A stretch of 64,000 nucleotides of DNA from an uncultured Gammaproteobacteria bacterium (GTDB lineage: Bacteria; Patescibacteriota; Microgenomatia; Levybacterales; GWA1-39-11), in assembly GCA_964450885.1 (NCBI GenBank), contig CAYVFE010000001.1:1278-65277 (forward strand). The letters run 5' to 3'. How positions within the stretch are numbered: position 1 is the first letter of the stretch; each line of letters opens with the position of its first letter. Position numbers and translations under genes: made by a program. Shown here one piece after another: positions 36,950-45,906 of the stretch. The notes under the pieces were generated by a model, which did not search any database, was not told the origin of the DNA, and saw only the letters and a list, made by a program, of their open reading frames with translations.

Positions 36950-37378
36950 CTAATTTGGAAGTTTTTCTATCTGTGGCAGCGCTTTTTTAAATATATCTTT
37001 TTCTCCCTTATGGGTAAGTGTCTCAAGTACTCTTTCTGATTCGACCCATTCTACCTCTTCCATCTCAAAATCGTGATCCGTTATATCACCACCGATATAC
37101 TTCATTATGAAGTAATAAACGGTCTTTTTTCGTCTTTCTCCATCCCACGCGTACCAGAAAGTAGTTGGCTCTAAAGCCTCCTGTATCTGCCCCAACGCTC
37201 CTGTCTCCTCTTTTACCTCACGTAAAGCTGCATCCTCCTTACTTTCCTTCTTATCGCGGTCTATAAGACCCTTAGGAAAAACCCAGCCCTTGTGGTACGA
37301 GTGTTTCGCGAGTAAAACAAATAGTTTGTTTTTTTCTTTTTTATAGACAACTCCCCCAGCGCTAAATTCGAATTTCAT
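36950..37378 (-). CDS. NUDIX hydrolase
   Basis: WVFPKG..ESKEDAALREVKEETG Nudix box. Confidence 0.9.
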   Translation of the reverse strand: MKFEFSAGGVVYKKEKNKLFVLLAKHSYHKGWVFPKGLIDRDKKESKEDAALREVKEETGALGQIQEALEPTTFWYAWDGERRKKTVYYFIMKYIGGDITDHDFEMEEVEWVESERVLETLTHKGEKDIFKKALPQIEKLPN

Positions 37379-37380
37379 AA

Positions 37381-38580
37381 TTAAACCATTCCCTGAGATA
37401 CATCGAATTCATAAGCTTTTTTGACTGCTTTTGCGATAGCTGGAACAACAGACTTATCCAGAGGAGACGGCAAAATATTTTCCACTGTAGGCTTATCTAC
37501 AGATTGAGCTAGTGCGAAAGCTGCCATTATCTTCATGTGATTTGTGATAGTTTTTGCTCGGGCATCGAGGGCTCCACGGAATACACCCGGAAAGGCCAGC
37601 ACGTTATTTACCTGATTAGGAAAGTCTGACCTACCTGTTCCGACTATAAAAGCTCCTGCTTCTTTTGCTTTATCAGGCATTATTTCCGGTATAGGATTTG
37701 CCATCGCAAGGATGATTGCTTTCTCATTCATCTTCTTTATGAACCTTGGATCAAATATTTTTCCTTTGCTTACCCCTATAAAGACGTCTGCATCCTCTAT
37801 AGCATCAGAAAGTTTTCCCTCCCTGTTCTGCCTATTTGTGATACTTGCAAGCCTCATTTTATAGGGATTGTTCTGAATATCAGACCGTGTCTTGTTTATT
37901 ATCCCCTCACTATCACAAACGATTATTTCACGGACAGGCTCGCAAACCTTCGGATCGTATCCGACACAAAGCAGAAGGTTTGCGATAGCAGTCCCTGCAG
38001 CTCCTGCTCCATTTATGACCACCTTTAAATCCGTAAGCTTTTTTCCAGCAAGTTTTGCTGAATTTATAAGAGCCGCAAGAAGAACGATTGCAGTACCATG
38101 CTGGTCATCATGAAAAACTGGAATTCCTACTTTTTGGAGTGCGTCCTCTATCTCGAAGCATCTGGGAGCTGAGATATCCTCCAAATTCACACCACCAAAG
38201 ACCGGCGAGATATTTTTCACCAGATTTATTATCTCAAATGAATTTTGAGTCTTAACAGTTATCGGGAAGGCGTCAATATTTGCATATTCCTTAAATAAAA
38301 TCGCCTTTCCTTCCATAACAGGAATTGCCGCATAAGGCCCGATATTCCCCAAACCCAATACCGCAGAACCATCAGAGACAATAGCAACTGAGTTGTGCTT
38401 TATAGTAAATTCATAGGCCTTGCTTTCATCTTTGGCTATTTGCCGCGACACCTCAGCAACTCCTGGGGTATAAACCCTTGACAAATCTTCACGTGTTTTT
38501 ACCTCAACTTTTGATTTTATCTCAAGTTTCCCTCTTTTTCTTTTATGAAGAGTTATAGATTCTTTATATATATCAGCCAT
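37381..38580 (-). CDS. NAD(P)-dependent malic enzyme
   Basis: YTPGVA, VMEGKAILFK, NLEDI, FHDDQHGTA, GAGAAG, NNVLAFPG. Confidence 0.93.
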   Translation of the reverse strand: MADIYKESITLHKRKRGKLEIKSKVEVKTREDLSRVYTPGVAEVSRQIAKDESKAYEFTIKHNSVAIVSDGSAVLGLGNIGPYAAIPVMEGKAILFKEYANIDAFPITVKTQNSFEIINLVKNISPVFGGVNLEDISAPRCFEIEDALQKVGIPVFHDDQHGTAIVLLAALINSAKLAGKKLTDLKVVINGAGAAGTAIANLLLCVGYDPKVCEPVREIIVCDSEGIINKTRSDIQNNPYKMRLASITNRQNREGKLSDAIEDADVFIGVSKGKIFDPRFIKKMNEKAIILAMANPIPEIMPDKAKEAGAFIVGTGRSDFPNQVNNVLAFPGVFRGALDARAKTITNHMKIMAAFALAQSVDKPTVENILPSPLDKSVVPAIAKAVKKAYEFDVSQGMV

Positions 38581-38629
38581 ACTTTATCTTATTTATTTTT
38601 ATGTAAAATTCCAAATGAATTTTAAGTTG

Positions 38630-38715
38630 CGGAGAGTACAGGATTCGAACCTGTGAATCCGACGAGCGGATCGAGTTTTCGAAACTCGCGCAATTGACCA
38701 CTATGCGAACTCTCC
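38630..38715 (-). tRNA. tRNA-Ser(CGA)
   Basis: GGAGAGT/ACTCTCC, CGAGT-TTCGAAA-ACTCG, long variable arm. Confidence 0.93.
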
Positions 38716-38720
38716 ATATG

Positions 38721-38793
38721 CGTCCCCGAGTGGGGTCGAACCACCAACCTTTGGATCCGCAATCCAATGCTCTATCCATTAAGCTACGGGGAC
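38721..38793 (-). tRNA. tRNA-Arg(GCG)
   Basis: GTCCCCG/CGGGGAC, TTGGA-TTGCGGA-TCCAA. Confidence 0.92.
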
Positions 38794-38842
38794 ACGTACT
38801 CGTATTTTAGAAGAATGTGCCCATTTAATCAATAATTATGGG

Positions 38843-39376
38843 CTAGCGTCTTTCGAGTGGGAAATTGTGGGATAACCAGTCCCCAGAACGCTCCATGAAC
38901 GTAGGTTTTACCACTTCGCGATAAGGAAGATATGTCACCATAACACGCCTCACATGATGCGGATGAAGTTCGCCTAGCGGAATCTGCACCTCCCCCGGAA
39001 TAAGTGGTTTTGTGCGTACGACCAAAACATCCGCGCCCTCAATTCTTTTAAAATAAAAATCGTAGAGCTCATCCCAGATAAAAAAGTGGTCCTCAACCTT
39101 TATGCCCTGATTGCTGATTCTGTAGTGAAAATTTCGTGGCGGAACGGTAGCAAGTGCCACTGATAGAAAATACAGTGCACCCACTACGAACATAAATAAA
39201 TATTGTTGAAAAAGAAACAATAGAACCTCGACTAGAAATGCGATCAAAAGCCCGTTGAGATAATATTCTTTACCTTTTGCCTTAAAGGGTCTACCAGGAG
39301 CACTCCAAGACAAAAGAGTTTTTATGTCTGAAAAATCCGAATGGTTATCGTGGGGTGTGTCTTCTCGCCTGTCCAT
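38843..39376 (-). CDS. Hypothetical 2-TM membrane protein with soluble C-terminal domain
   Basis: LSWSAP, 2 TM, ISNQGIKV..WDEL. Confidence 0.75.
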   Translation of the reverse strand: MDRREDTPHDNHSDFSDIKTLLSWSAPGRPFKAKGKEYYLNGLLIAFLVEVLLFLFQQYLFMFVVGALYFLSVALATVPPRNFHYRISNQGIKVEDHFFIWDELYDFYFKRIEGADVLVVRTKPLIPGEVQIPLGELHPHHVRRVMVTYLPYREVVKPTFMERSGDWLSHNFPLERR

Positions 39377-39414
39377 AGTTTAACTATAGCCCACAAGCTT
39401 AAAAAAGACAATAT

Positions 39415-40281
39415 TTATAGCTCGGCAAGAACGGTGCTGTCCCCGTTTTTGACTTCTTTTATATATTGCAGGTAGCGCTCAGTCGAAGAAAGTCTCTTGT
39501 GACCTAGAACCTTTGATAAAAATACCAAAGAAACGCCTTGCTTGAGGTGATGTGCGACAAATGTGTGCCTCAGGTCATTTATCTTTACCTTCTCTATACC
39601 TGCTTTTTTGAAATAACGCTCTACAGCATCCCTAATATTCCTGACCAGAAAAGGCCTACCGGTTTTGGTGACGAAAACATAATCTGACTCTGTCTTTGTA
39701 CGCGTATCCATATATCGCTTTAAGGAATCTTTTGCCCTGCGGTTCAAAGGCACCTCTCTTTGTGGATGACCTTCATATGCTCTAATCGTTAATGTGGAAT
39801 CATTTATGTCTTCTACTCTAAGATTCGCGAGCTCGCCAATCCTTATTCCTGTCTGTAAAAGTATTTCTATGATTGCATATATTCTAGGGTCTACAGATGC
39901 AGCGTCGCGGAGCGCTCGATACTCCATAGGAGACAGTACTCTAGGTGGATTAAGCTCATATTTTGGATGGTCAACCAGAAGAGATGGGTCATCTGTTATA
40001 AATTCATTTACCTTGAGGTATCTGTAAAAGGTCCTCGTGGAATTTAGTTTTCTAGACAATGATTTAGGCGTATAGCCTTCATCTTGAAGTTTTGACAAAA
40101 AGGCTTGTATGTCTGCACTTCCTACTTCGTGAACGTTTTTTTTATCCAATTCCTCGAGAAAAGACACTAGCTGATCTAGGTCTTTTCCATATGCTAAAAT
40201 GGTGGCTGATGCTCTATTTTTGCCTTTCAGAAAATCCTGAAATTTTGCGTGGGCATCACGGAGCTTTGTAATCTCTGGCAT
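39415..40281 (-). CDS. XerC/D-like tyrosine recombinase
   Basis: N-terminal SAM-like domain, TGIRIGEL, DLRHTF, LGH, ERY. Confidence 0.88.
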   Translation of the reverse strand: MPEITKLRDAHAKFQDFLKGKNRASATILAYGKDLDQLVSFLEELDKKNVHEVGSADIQAFLSKLQDEGYTPKSLSRKLNSTRTFYRYLKVNEFITDDPSLLVDHPKYELNPPRVLSPMEYRALRDAASVDPRIYAIIEILLQTGIRIGELANLRVEDINDSTLTIRAYEGHPQREVPLNRRAKDSLKRYMDTRTKTESDYVFVTKTGRPFLVRNIRDAVERYFKKAGIEKVKINDLRHTFVAHHLKQGVSLVFLSKVLGHKRLSSTERYLQYIKEVKNGDSTVLAEL

Positions 40282-40311
40282 AATAAATTTGAGCCTATAA
40301 TATCAGTAACT

Positions 40312-40662
40312 ATGAAGTTTGTCAACTATAAGATTTTAATCGGAGGTGCTTTGATAATTATATTCGTTATCTTACTTGTAAACACTGGAAGGGAGCTTCT
40401 GACTATACAAAAAAATGGATCACTCATAAAACAGCTTGAAAATGAGCTCGAACGCAAAGAAAATCATAACAAATTCCTTCAAGAACAACTAAAGTATGTG
40501 CAGACCGAGGATTTTATCGAAAAAGAATCTCGAGAACGTCTGGGACTGGTCAAACCTGGCGAGGTAGTAGTTCAAGAAAGATTTGAATCTAAGATACAGG
40601 AAAATATTCAGAAACAGATTGAAAAACCTAACTGGAAACAGTGGATGGAGTTATTCTTCTAG
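40312..40662 (+). CDS. Septum formation initiator (FtsB/DivIC family)
   Basis: TM plus coiled coil; IEKESRERLGLVKPGE. Confidence 0.82.
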   Translation: MKFVNYKILIGGALIIIFVILLVNTGRELLTIQKNGSLIKQLENELERKENHNKFLQEQLKYVQTEDFIEKESRERLGLVKPGEVVVQERFESKIQENIQKQIEKPNWKQWMELFF

Positions 40663-40668
40663 ATTGTG

Positions 40669-40738
40669 TTGCGGAGTAAGGAGTTGAACCTTATCTAGGA
40701 GATTATGAGCCTCCTGTGCAGCCGTACACTACCCCGCG
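40669..40738 (-). tRNA. Initiator-like tRNA-Met(CAT), atypical
   Basis: CGCGGGG/CTCCGCA with C1:A72 mismatch; GGAGG-CTCATAA-TCTCC. Confidence 0.85.
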
Positions 40739-40765
40739 TAACCTTAAAACTCAAGGTGAGGTATC

Positions 40766-40794
40766 ATTATAAGATTTAAATTTGTAGCTGTCAA
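40766..40794 (-). promoter_or_regulatory. Consensus promoter of initiator tRNA (TTGACA-17-TATAAT)
   Basis: tgtcaa 40789-40794, attata 40766-40771. Confidence 0.8.
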
Positions 40795-40841
40795 ACCTGA
40801 TAATTGTGTTTTTGTAGTTTCTTTAGTAAAATAAGTCCTTA

Positions 40842-41537
40842 ATGAAAAGAGAAGAGCTAAAAGCAGACAAAAGATCCGTAACCGGCAAAAAGGTAAAACA
40901 ATTACGCCGTGAAGGAATAACTCCTGCAAACATCTACGGAAAGGCTTTCGAATCAATTAGCATACAGCTTCCTGTTAAAGACTTTGAAGCCATGTATAGC
41001 AAAGTTCGTGAGACGGGACTTATCGATATAGTCGTAGGTAAAGATACCTATCCAGTTCTAATTCACAACGTTCAAAGAAATCCTATAAGCCGAGACGCAG
41101 TACACGTAGATTTTTATAAAGTGAATCTTAAAGAGAAAGTCAAAACGTCTATTCCAGTTGTAGCAATCGACGATGCTGAGGCAGAAAAACAAAAAGTTGG
41201 AGCGCTTATGCAATCCCTAAATGAGGTAGAAGTGGAAGCATTACCAACTGAGCTACCTGAGAATATCGAAGTATCTGTCGCGCACCTTGCTGCGATAGAC
41301 GACCATATACTGGTATCTGACCTCAAATCACCTACTGGAGTCGAGATACTGACGGCACCAGACAGCACTGTATTTAGGATTGCTGAGCTAGTTTCTCAGG
41401 AAGCTGAAGAACTTGAAGCAGAAGAAACAGCTGAGGCTGAGGCTGCTGCCGAAGAGAGTGGCGCAGCCAGCCAAGAGGGTGAAAAGAAAGAAGAATCAGG
41501 CGAAGAGCCTAAAGAAGAATCAAAACCTCAGGAATAA
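40842..41537 (+). CDS. rplY: 50S ribosomal protein L25/CTC
   Basis: LRREGITPANIYG, HVDFY, ALPTELPENIEV, acidic tail. Confidence 0.93.
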   Translation: MKREELKADKRSVTGKKVKQLRREGITPANIYGKAFESISIQLPVKDFEAMYSKVRETGLIDIVVGKDTYPVLIHNVQRNPISRDAVHVDFYKVNLKEKVKTSIPVVAIDDAEAEKQKVGALMQSLNEVEVEALPTELPENIEVSVAHLAAIDDHILVSDLKSPTGVEILTAPDSTVFRIAELVSQEAEELEAEETAEAEAAAEESGAASQEGEKKEESGEEPKEESKPQE

Positions 41538-41912
41538 TTACTTTGCGTCCGAAATTATCTCCTCTTGAAGATTTATCGCATTCGAAAATAAAGGATCCAA
41601 AACTATAGATTTGTTTACGAGTTTTAGTGCGGTTTCCTTCTTATTGAGTTCAATAGCCGCAATCGCTGCATTATAGAGCACGTCCGGGGAATTCGGATAC
41701 TCTTCTACTCTCTCCATCCAAAAGACGAACCTATCCTGTCTAGTCTTTTGGTTCATGTAACTATCCTCAAGCATATTCTGCAGAACAAATATCGAAAAAA
41801 GCATAACTACAAGAGTCGAAAGCAAACAAAGAGTCCCCAGAATCAATAAATTCCTGCTTACCTGGTTGCCTCTTAATCCCAATTTGGATACAATTTTCCT
41901 GATTTTTTGCAT
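41538..41912 (-). CDS. Membrane-anchored TPR-like protein
   Basis: TM; YPNSPDVLYNAA..LDP; start at MQKIR. Confidence 0.6.
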   Translation of the reverse strand: MQKIRKIVSKLGLRGNQVSRNLLILGTLCLLSTLVVMLFSIFVLQNMLEDSYMNQKTRQDRFVFWMERVEEYPNSPDVLYNAAIAAIELNKKETALKLVNKSIVLDPLFSNAINLQEEIISDAK

Positions 41913-41973
41913 AGTGTATTTTAACAAAATTTATTGACAATAAGCATCGATAAGCACTATTATAACTAAATTC

Positions 41974-43746
41974 ATGTGTGGAATATTCGGCTTCGTGTCA
42001 GATAACGCTTTACCTTCACAGATAGTATTTTCGGGTCTTAAGAGTCTAGAGTACCGCGGGTACGATTCATGGGGTATTGCCGTAAAACAAAAAGGCGGGA
42101 TCAAATCATACAAAAAAACCGGCAAGCTACCACATACTCTAAACCCAAATCTATCTAGAAACACTACTTCGCTTGCGATAGGTCACACGCGTTGGGCTAC
42201 TCACGGAGGTGTTACACAAAACAATGCGCACCCGCATATGGACTGTCAAAATAAGCTCGCTCTTGTCCACAATGGAATTCTCGAAAACCATGAAAAGCTA
42301 AAATCAAGCCTTTTGAAAAAAGGGCATAAATTTAAATCTGACACAGATACTGAGGTTATAGTGCATCTGATAGAAGAGGAGCTGAAAACGAATGGCTTTG
42401 CGACAGCTGTCAGGAACTCTTTTGCGAGGATGAAAGGACTGAATGCATTTGTCGTGATAAATTCCAACTCAAAAGAGATGATTGCAGCAAAAAACGGCTC
42501 ACCCCTTATAATCGGCATAGGCAACAATGAGTTTTTTATATCGTCAGACATCGCAAGTGTTCTACCTCATACTACAAAGATTGCGATCCTAAGGGACTAC
42601 GAAATGGCGATTCTAGGAAGCAAGCTGCAGATTCTCTCTCTTAACACAGGAGAAAAAGTAGCCCCAAAGATAGAAACGGTCGAATGGAACACAAAAGAAC
42701 ATGAAAAAGGAAAATACAAACATTTTTTCATCAAGGAAATACACGAAGAACCTGAAGTTGTAAGAAGGATCGCTATAAATGCTATAGCAGGGACTAAAAC
42801 GCTTTCGGAGCACATAGGCAATGCTTATGGAACTTTTATGATTGGTTGTGGATCGGCATCCTATGCTGGAATTGCTGGAATCTACCTTTTTAGTCAGATA
42901 GCAAAAAAACATCTGAATATGGCTGTGGGGTCAGAATTTAAATATCAGGAAGACTTTGTAACCAGCAAAACTCTAGTTATTCCTATATCCCAAAGCGGAG
43001 AATCAATAGATGTCATAGAACCAGTATCGCGTGTCAAGAAGAAAGGCGCAAAAATCGCGTCGCTAGTCAATGTAATGGGATCAACCCTGTATCGCATGTC
43101 TGACTTTAATATTCTTCTCGAGTCTGGAACCGAAAAAGCAGTCGTTGCCACAAAGAGCTTTACTGCGATGGTCGCAACACTTATTCTGACCGCCTACACT
43201 CTCGCAGGCAAGCAAAAAGAGGGACAAAAACTACTTCTAGACGCATCTTCTGATATCACAAATATCCTCAAGCCTGCGTATATAAAGCTCATAAAATCCC
43301 TTGTAAGGCAAATCAATTCTAAAGAACACCTCTATATAATAGGTAGGGGCCTTTCCTACCCCGTGGCTCTTGAAGCGACACTTAAGCTAAAAGAGGCTTC
43401 ATACGCACACGCCGAAGCATTCCCGGGAGGAGAATTAAAACACGGTGTAATAGCCCTCATCGAGAAAGGCACCCCTTGCATTGTATTTGCTCCAAATGAT
43501 GAAACTTATGACGAGATAATCTCAAATGCTCAGGAAGTAAAAGTCAGAGGGGCTTTCATAATCGGAATCGGACCCAAAAAAAATAATGTGTTTGACGTCT
43601 ATCTACCGACTGCTGATTTAAAACATGCCACAATACTCTCTCAGGTTGCTGTAGCACATCTACTTGGGTATTATCTCTCGCTTGCGCGTGGGGTAAAAGA
43701 TCCGGACAAGCCACGGAATCTCGCAAAAAGTGTTACCGTGAAATAG
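41974..43746 (+). CDS. glmS: Glutamine--fructose-6-phosphate aminotransferase
   Basis: MCGIFG, LEYRGYDSWG, GHTRWATHG, SQSGE, PRNLAKSVTV. Confidence 0.96.
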   Translation: MCGIFGFVSDNALPSQIVFSGLKSLEYRGYDSWGIAVKQKGGIKSYKKTGKLPHTLNPNLSRNTTSLAIGHTRWATHGGVTQNNAHPHMDCQNKLALVHNGILENHEKLKSSLLKKGHKFKSDTDTEVIVHLIEEELKTNGFATAVRNSFARMKGLNAFVVINSNSKEMIAAKNGSPLIIGIGNNEFFISSDIASVLPHTTKIAILRDYEMAILGSKLQILSLNTGEKVAPKIETVEWNTKEHEKGKYKHFFIKEIHEEPEVVRRIAINAIAGTKTLSEHIGNAYGTFMIGCGSASYAGIAGIYLFSQIAKKHLNMAVGSEFKYQEDFVTSKTLVIPISQSGESIDVIEPVSRVKKKGAKIASLVNVMGSTLYRMSDFNILLESGTEKAVVATKSFTAMVATLILTAYTLAGKQKEGQKLLLDASSDITNILKPAYIKLIKSLVRQINSKEHLYIIGRGLSYPVALEATLKLKEASYAHAEAFPGGELKHGVIALIEKGTPCIVFAPNDETYDEIISNAQEVKVRGAFIIGIGPKKNNVFDVYLPTADLKHATILSQVAVAHLLGYYLSLARGVKDPDKPRNLAKSVTVK

Positions 43747-45814
43747 TCGGCCACTCTGAGGTAATAAGCGGCTTATCATTAAATTTCCCATAAATCTCCT
43801 CGGTCACAAACGGCATGATGGGGTGTAAAAGTTTTAGAATTGTTGCATAAACAAACTCTAAGCAAGGTTGTGCTTGTGCCCTTCTCTCTTTTGTACTCTC
43901 TATATACTTATCAGCAAACTCGTGCCAAACAAATTCGTAAAGTATTTCTGAGATATCATTGAAGCGATAACTTTCATAAGCCTTATCTACTTTTTTTATG
44001 ACATCGTTGAGCTTTTCAATTATTTCCTTATCGTCTTTATGGCTGCTTATTTCTGCTTTCGCGTCGTCGGGCTTGAAGTCTATCAAAAATCTTCCCATAT
44101 TCCATAGTTTATTCGTAAAACGACGGGAAGCCTCTAGCTTTGGATAAGAAAGGCTTTGATCATTTCCAGTAGCCGTTCCATATACTAGTGCAAAGCGCAC
44201 AGCATCTGCGCCGTATTCGTCCGCGAGCTCGAGAGGATTAACGACATTTCCCTTACTTTTACTCATCTTTTTTCCCAAAGGATCATTAACAAGCCCATGT
44301 AAAACTACATTTTCAAATGGAACCTTTTTAGTCACATAAAGACCCATCATAACCATTCGGGCAACCCACCAGCGCAAAATGTCATACCCGGTCTCCATAA
44401 CACTGGTCGGATAAAACTTTTCATACTCCCCGGTTGTCTGTAGCGTCGCAAATGGCCACTGAGACGAGCTAAACCATGTATCAAACGTATCGGTATCTTG
44501 AATTAAATCATTTGAATTGCATTTCGAGCATTTTTCAACAACTTCTCCCGTGCTTACCATCCAATTCGAACATTTTTCGCATTTGAAAGCTGGAATCCTG
44601 ATGCCCCACACCACCTGACGTGAAATGTTCCAATCGCGAATGTTTTCCAGGAATTGAAAATAAAGTTTCTCAAAGCTCTTAGGATATATCTTTATATCGC
44701 CATTTTTAACCGCATCTATCGCAGGCTTTGCAAGAGGCTCCATCTTCACAAACCATTGTTCAAGAGGAAGAGGCTCTAGGTTGTTTTTACATTTATAGCA
44801 GGTTTTTATGACCATCTTGTGCGGCTCTTCTTTTACAAGTAGCCCTTTTTCTTCAAGCATCTCGAGAATCTTTTTTCTCGCCTGCTTGATATATAGACCA
44901 TCAAGAACTTTTGTATTTTGCATCTTTCCATCAAAACCTATTATTGGAGGAAATGTTAGCTTGTGCTTTTTGGCTACTTCATAGTCGTTGAAGTCGTGAC
45001 TAGGCGTAACCTTTACAGCTCCCGTTCCAAACTCAGGCTGTACATAATCATCTGCAATTATGGGTATTTCCCTGTCTACAATGGGAAGCACAACTGTTTT
45101 TCCGATAAAACTCTTATACCTTTCGTCTTTTGGGTTTACCATGACAGCAACATCCCCCAACATCGTCTCCGGTCTCGTGGTCGCTATCTGGATCTGTCCA
45201 CCACCTTTAATGGGAAAATCTATATAATACAAAACTCCATCTTTCTCTACATTTATAACTTCCAGATCAGAAAAACTCGTCCCGTCAAAAGTGCAGTAGT
45301 TAACCAATCTTAAATCCCGATAGACGAGTCCGTCGTCATAAAGTTTTTTGAAATTCTCATGAACAATCTTAACTATGTCTTCATCCATCGTGAATTTTAA
45401 CCTACTCCAATCGAGAGAGAATCCAAGCTTTCGAAGTTGATCTTCCATCCCACCCCTATTATTTTGTACAAAATTCCAGATATCGGAAAAGAGCTTCTCG
45501 CGGTCGTAATCAAACCTACTCTCTCCCTTTGCCGCCAAGTGCTTCTCATAGACAAACTGTGTCTCAAATCCAGCGTGATCTGCTCCCGGTAGCCAAAGAG
45601 CGGCAAAACCTTTCATCCTGTGATAACGGATAAGTATATCCTCCACAACATACATAGCGTGGCCGAAATGGAGCGGCGCGTTGGCATTTGGAGGTGGAAG
45701 AATTATTGAATAAGGCTCGCCATCCGGATTAACTTCGGGCTTGAAGCTCCCGCTTTCCTCCCACTTTTTATAGATATTATCCTCAACTTTTTTGTGATCG
45801 TATGCTTTATCCAT
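43733..45814 (-). CDS. valS: Valine--tRNA ligase (short form)
   Basis: PPPNANAPLHFGH, ATTRPET, WNISRQ, KMSKSKGN. Confidence 0.94.
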   Translation of the reverse strand: MDKAYDHKKVEDNIYKKWEESGSFKPEVNPDGEPYSIILPPPNANAPLHFGHAMYVVEDILIRYHRMKGFAALWLPGADHAGFETQFVYEKHLAAKGESRFDYDREKLFSDIWNFVQNNRGGMEDQLRKLGFSLDWSRLKFTMDEDIVKIVHENFKKLYDDGLVYRDLRLVNYCTFDGTSFSDLEVINVEKDGVLYYIDFPIKGGGQIQIATTRPETMLGDVAVMVNPKDERYKSFIGKTVVLPIVDREIPIIADDYVQPEFGTGAVKVTPSHDFNDYEVAKKHKLTFPPIIGFDGKMQNTKVLDGLYIKQARKKILEMLEEKGLLVKEEPHKMVIKTCYKCKNNLEPLPLEQWFVKMEPLAKPAIDAVKNGDIKIYPKSFEKLYFQFLENIRDWNISRQVVWGIRIPAFKCEKCSNWMVSTGEVVEKCSKCNSNDLIQDTDTFDTWFSSSQWPFATLQTTGEYEKFYPTSVMETGYDILRWWVARMVMMGLYVTKKVPFENVVLHGLVNDPLGKKMSKSKGNVVNPLELADEYGADAVRFALVYGTATGNDQSLSYPKLEASRRFTNKLWNMGRFLIDFKPDDAKAEISSHKDDKEIIEKLNDVIKKVDKAYESYRFNDISEILYEFVWHEFADKYIESTKERRAQAQPCLEFVYATILKLLHPIMPFVTEEIYGKFNDKPLITSEWPTISR

Positions 45815-45906
45815 CGTGAAGTGATTGTATCACGCTACTTTTTCTGAGGCAAAGGGGAGTGTTGCACATCGCAATTTACCGCAATATAATTGAACATCAA
45901 TATAAT

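Noticed and set aside
38573-38779. 68-aa - strand ORF
   Set aside because: Lies on the tRNA-Ser(CGA) and tRNA-Arg(GCG) genes.
38630-40738. Integrated element at the tRNA cluster (recombinase between tRNAs)
   Set aside because: No duplicated tRNA 3' end (att) seen and no cargo; neighbouring genes are housekeeping-like.
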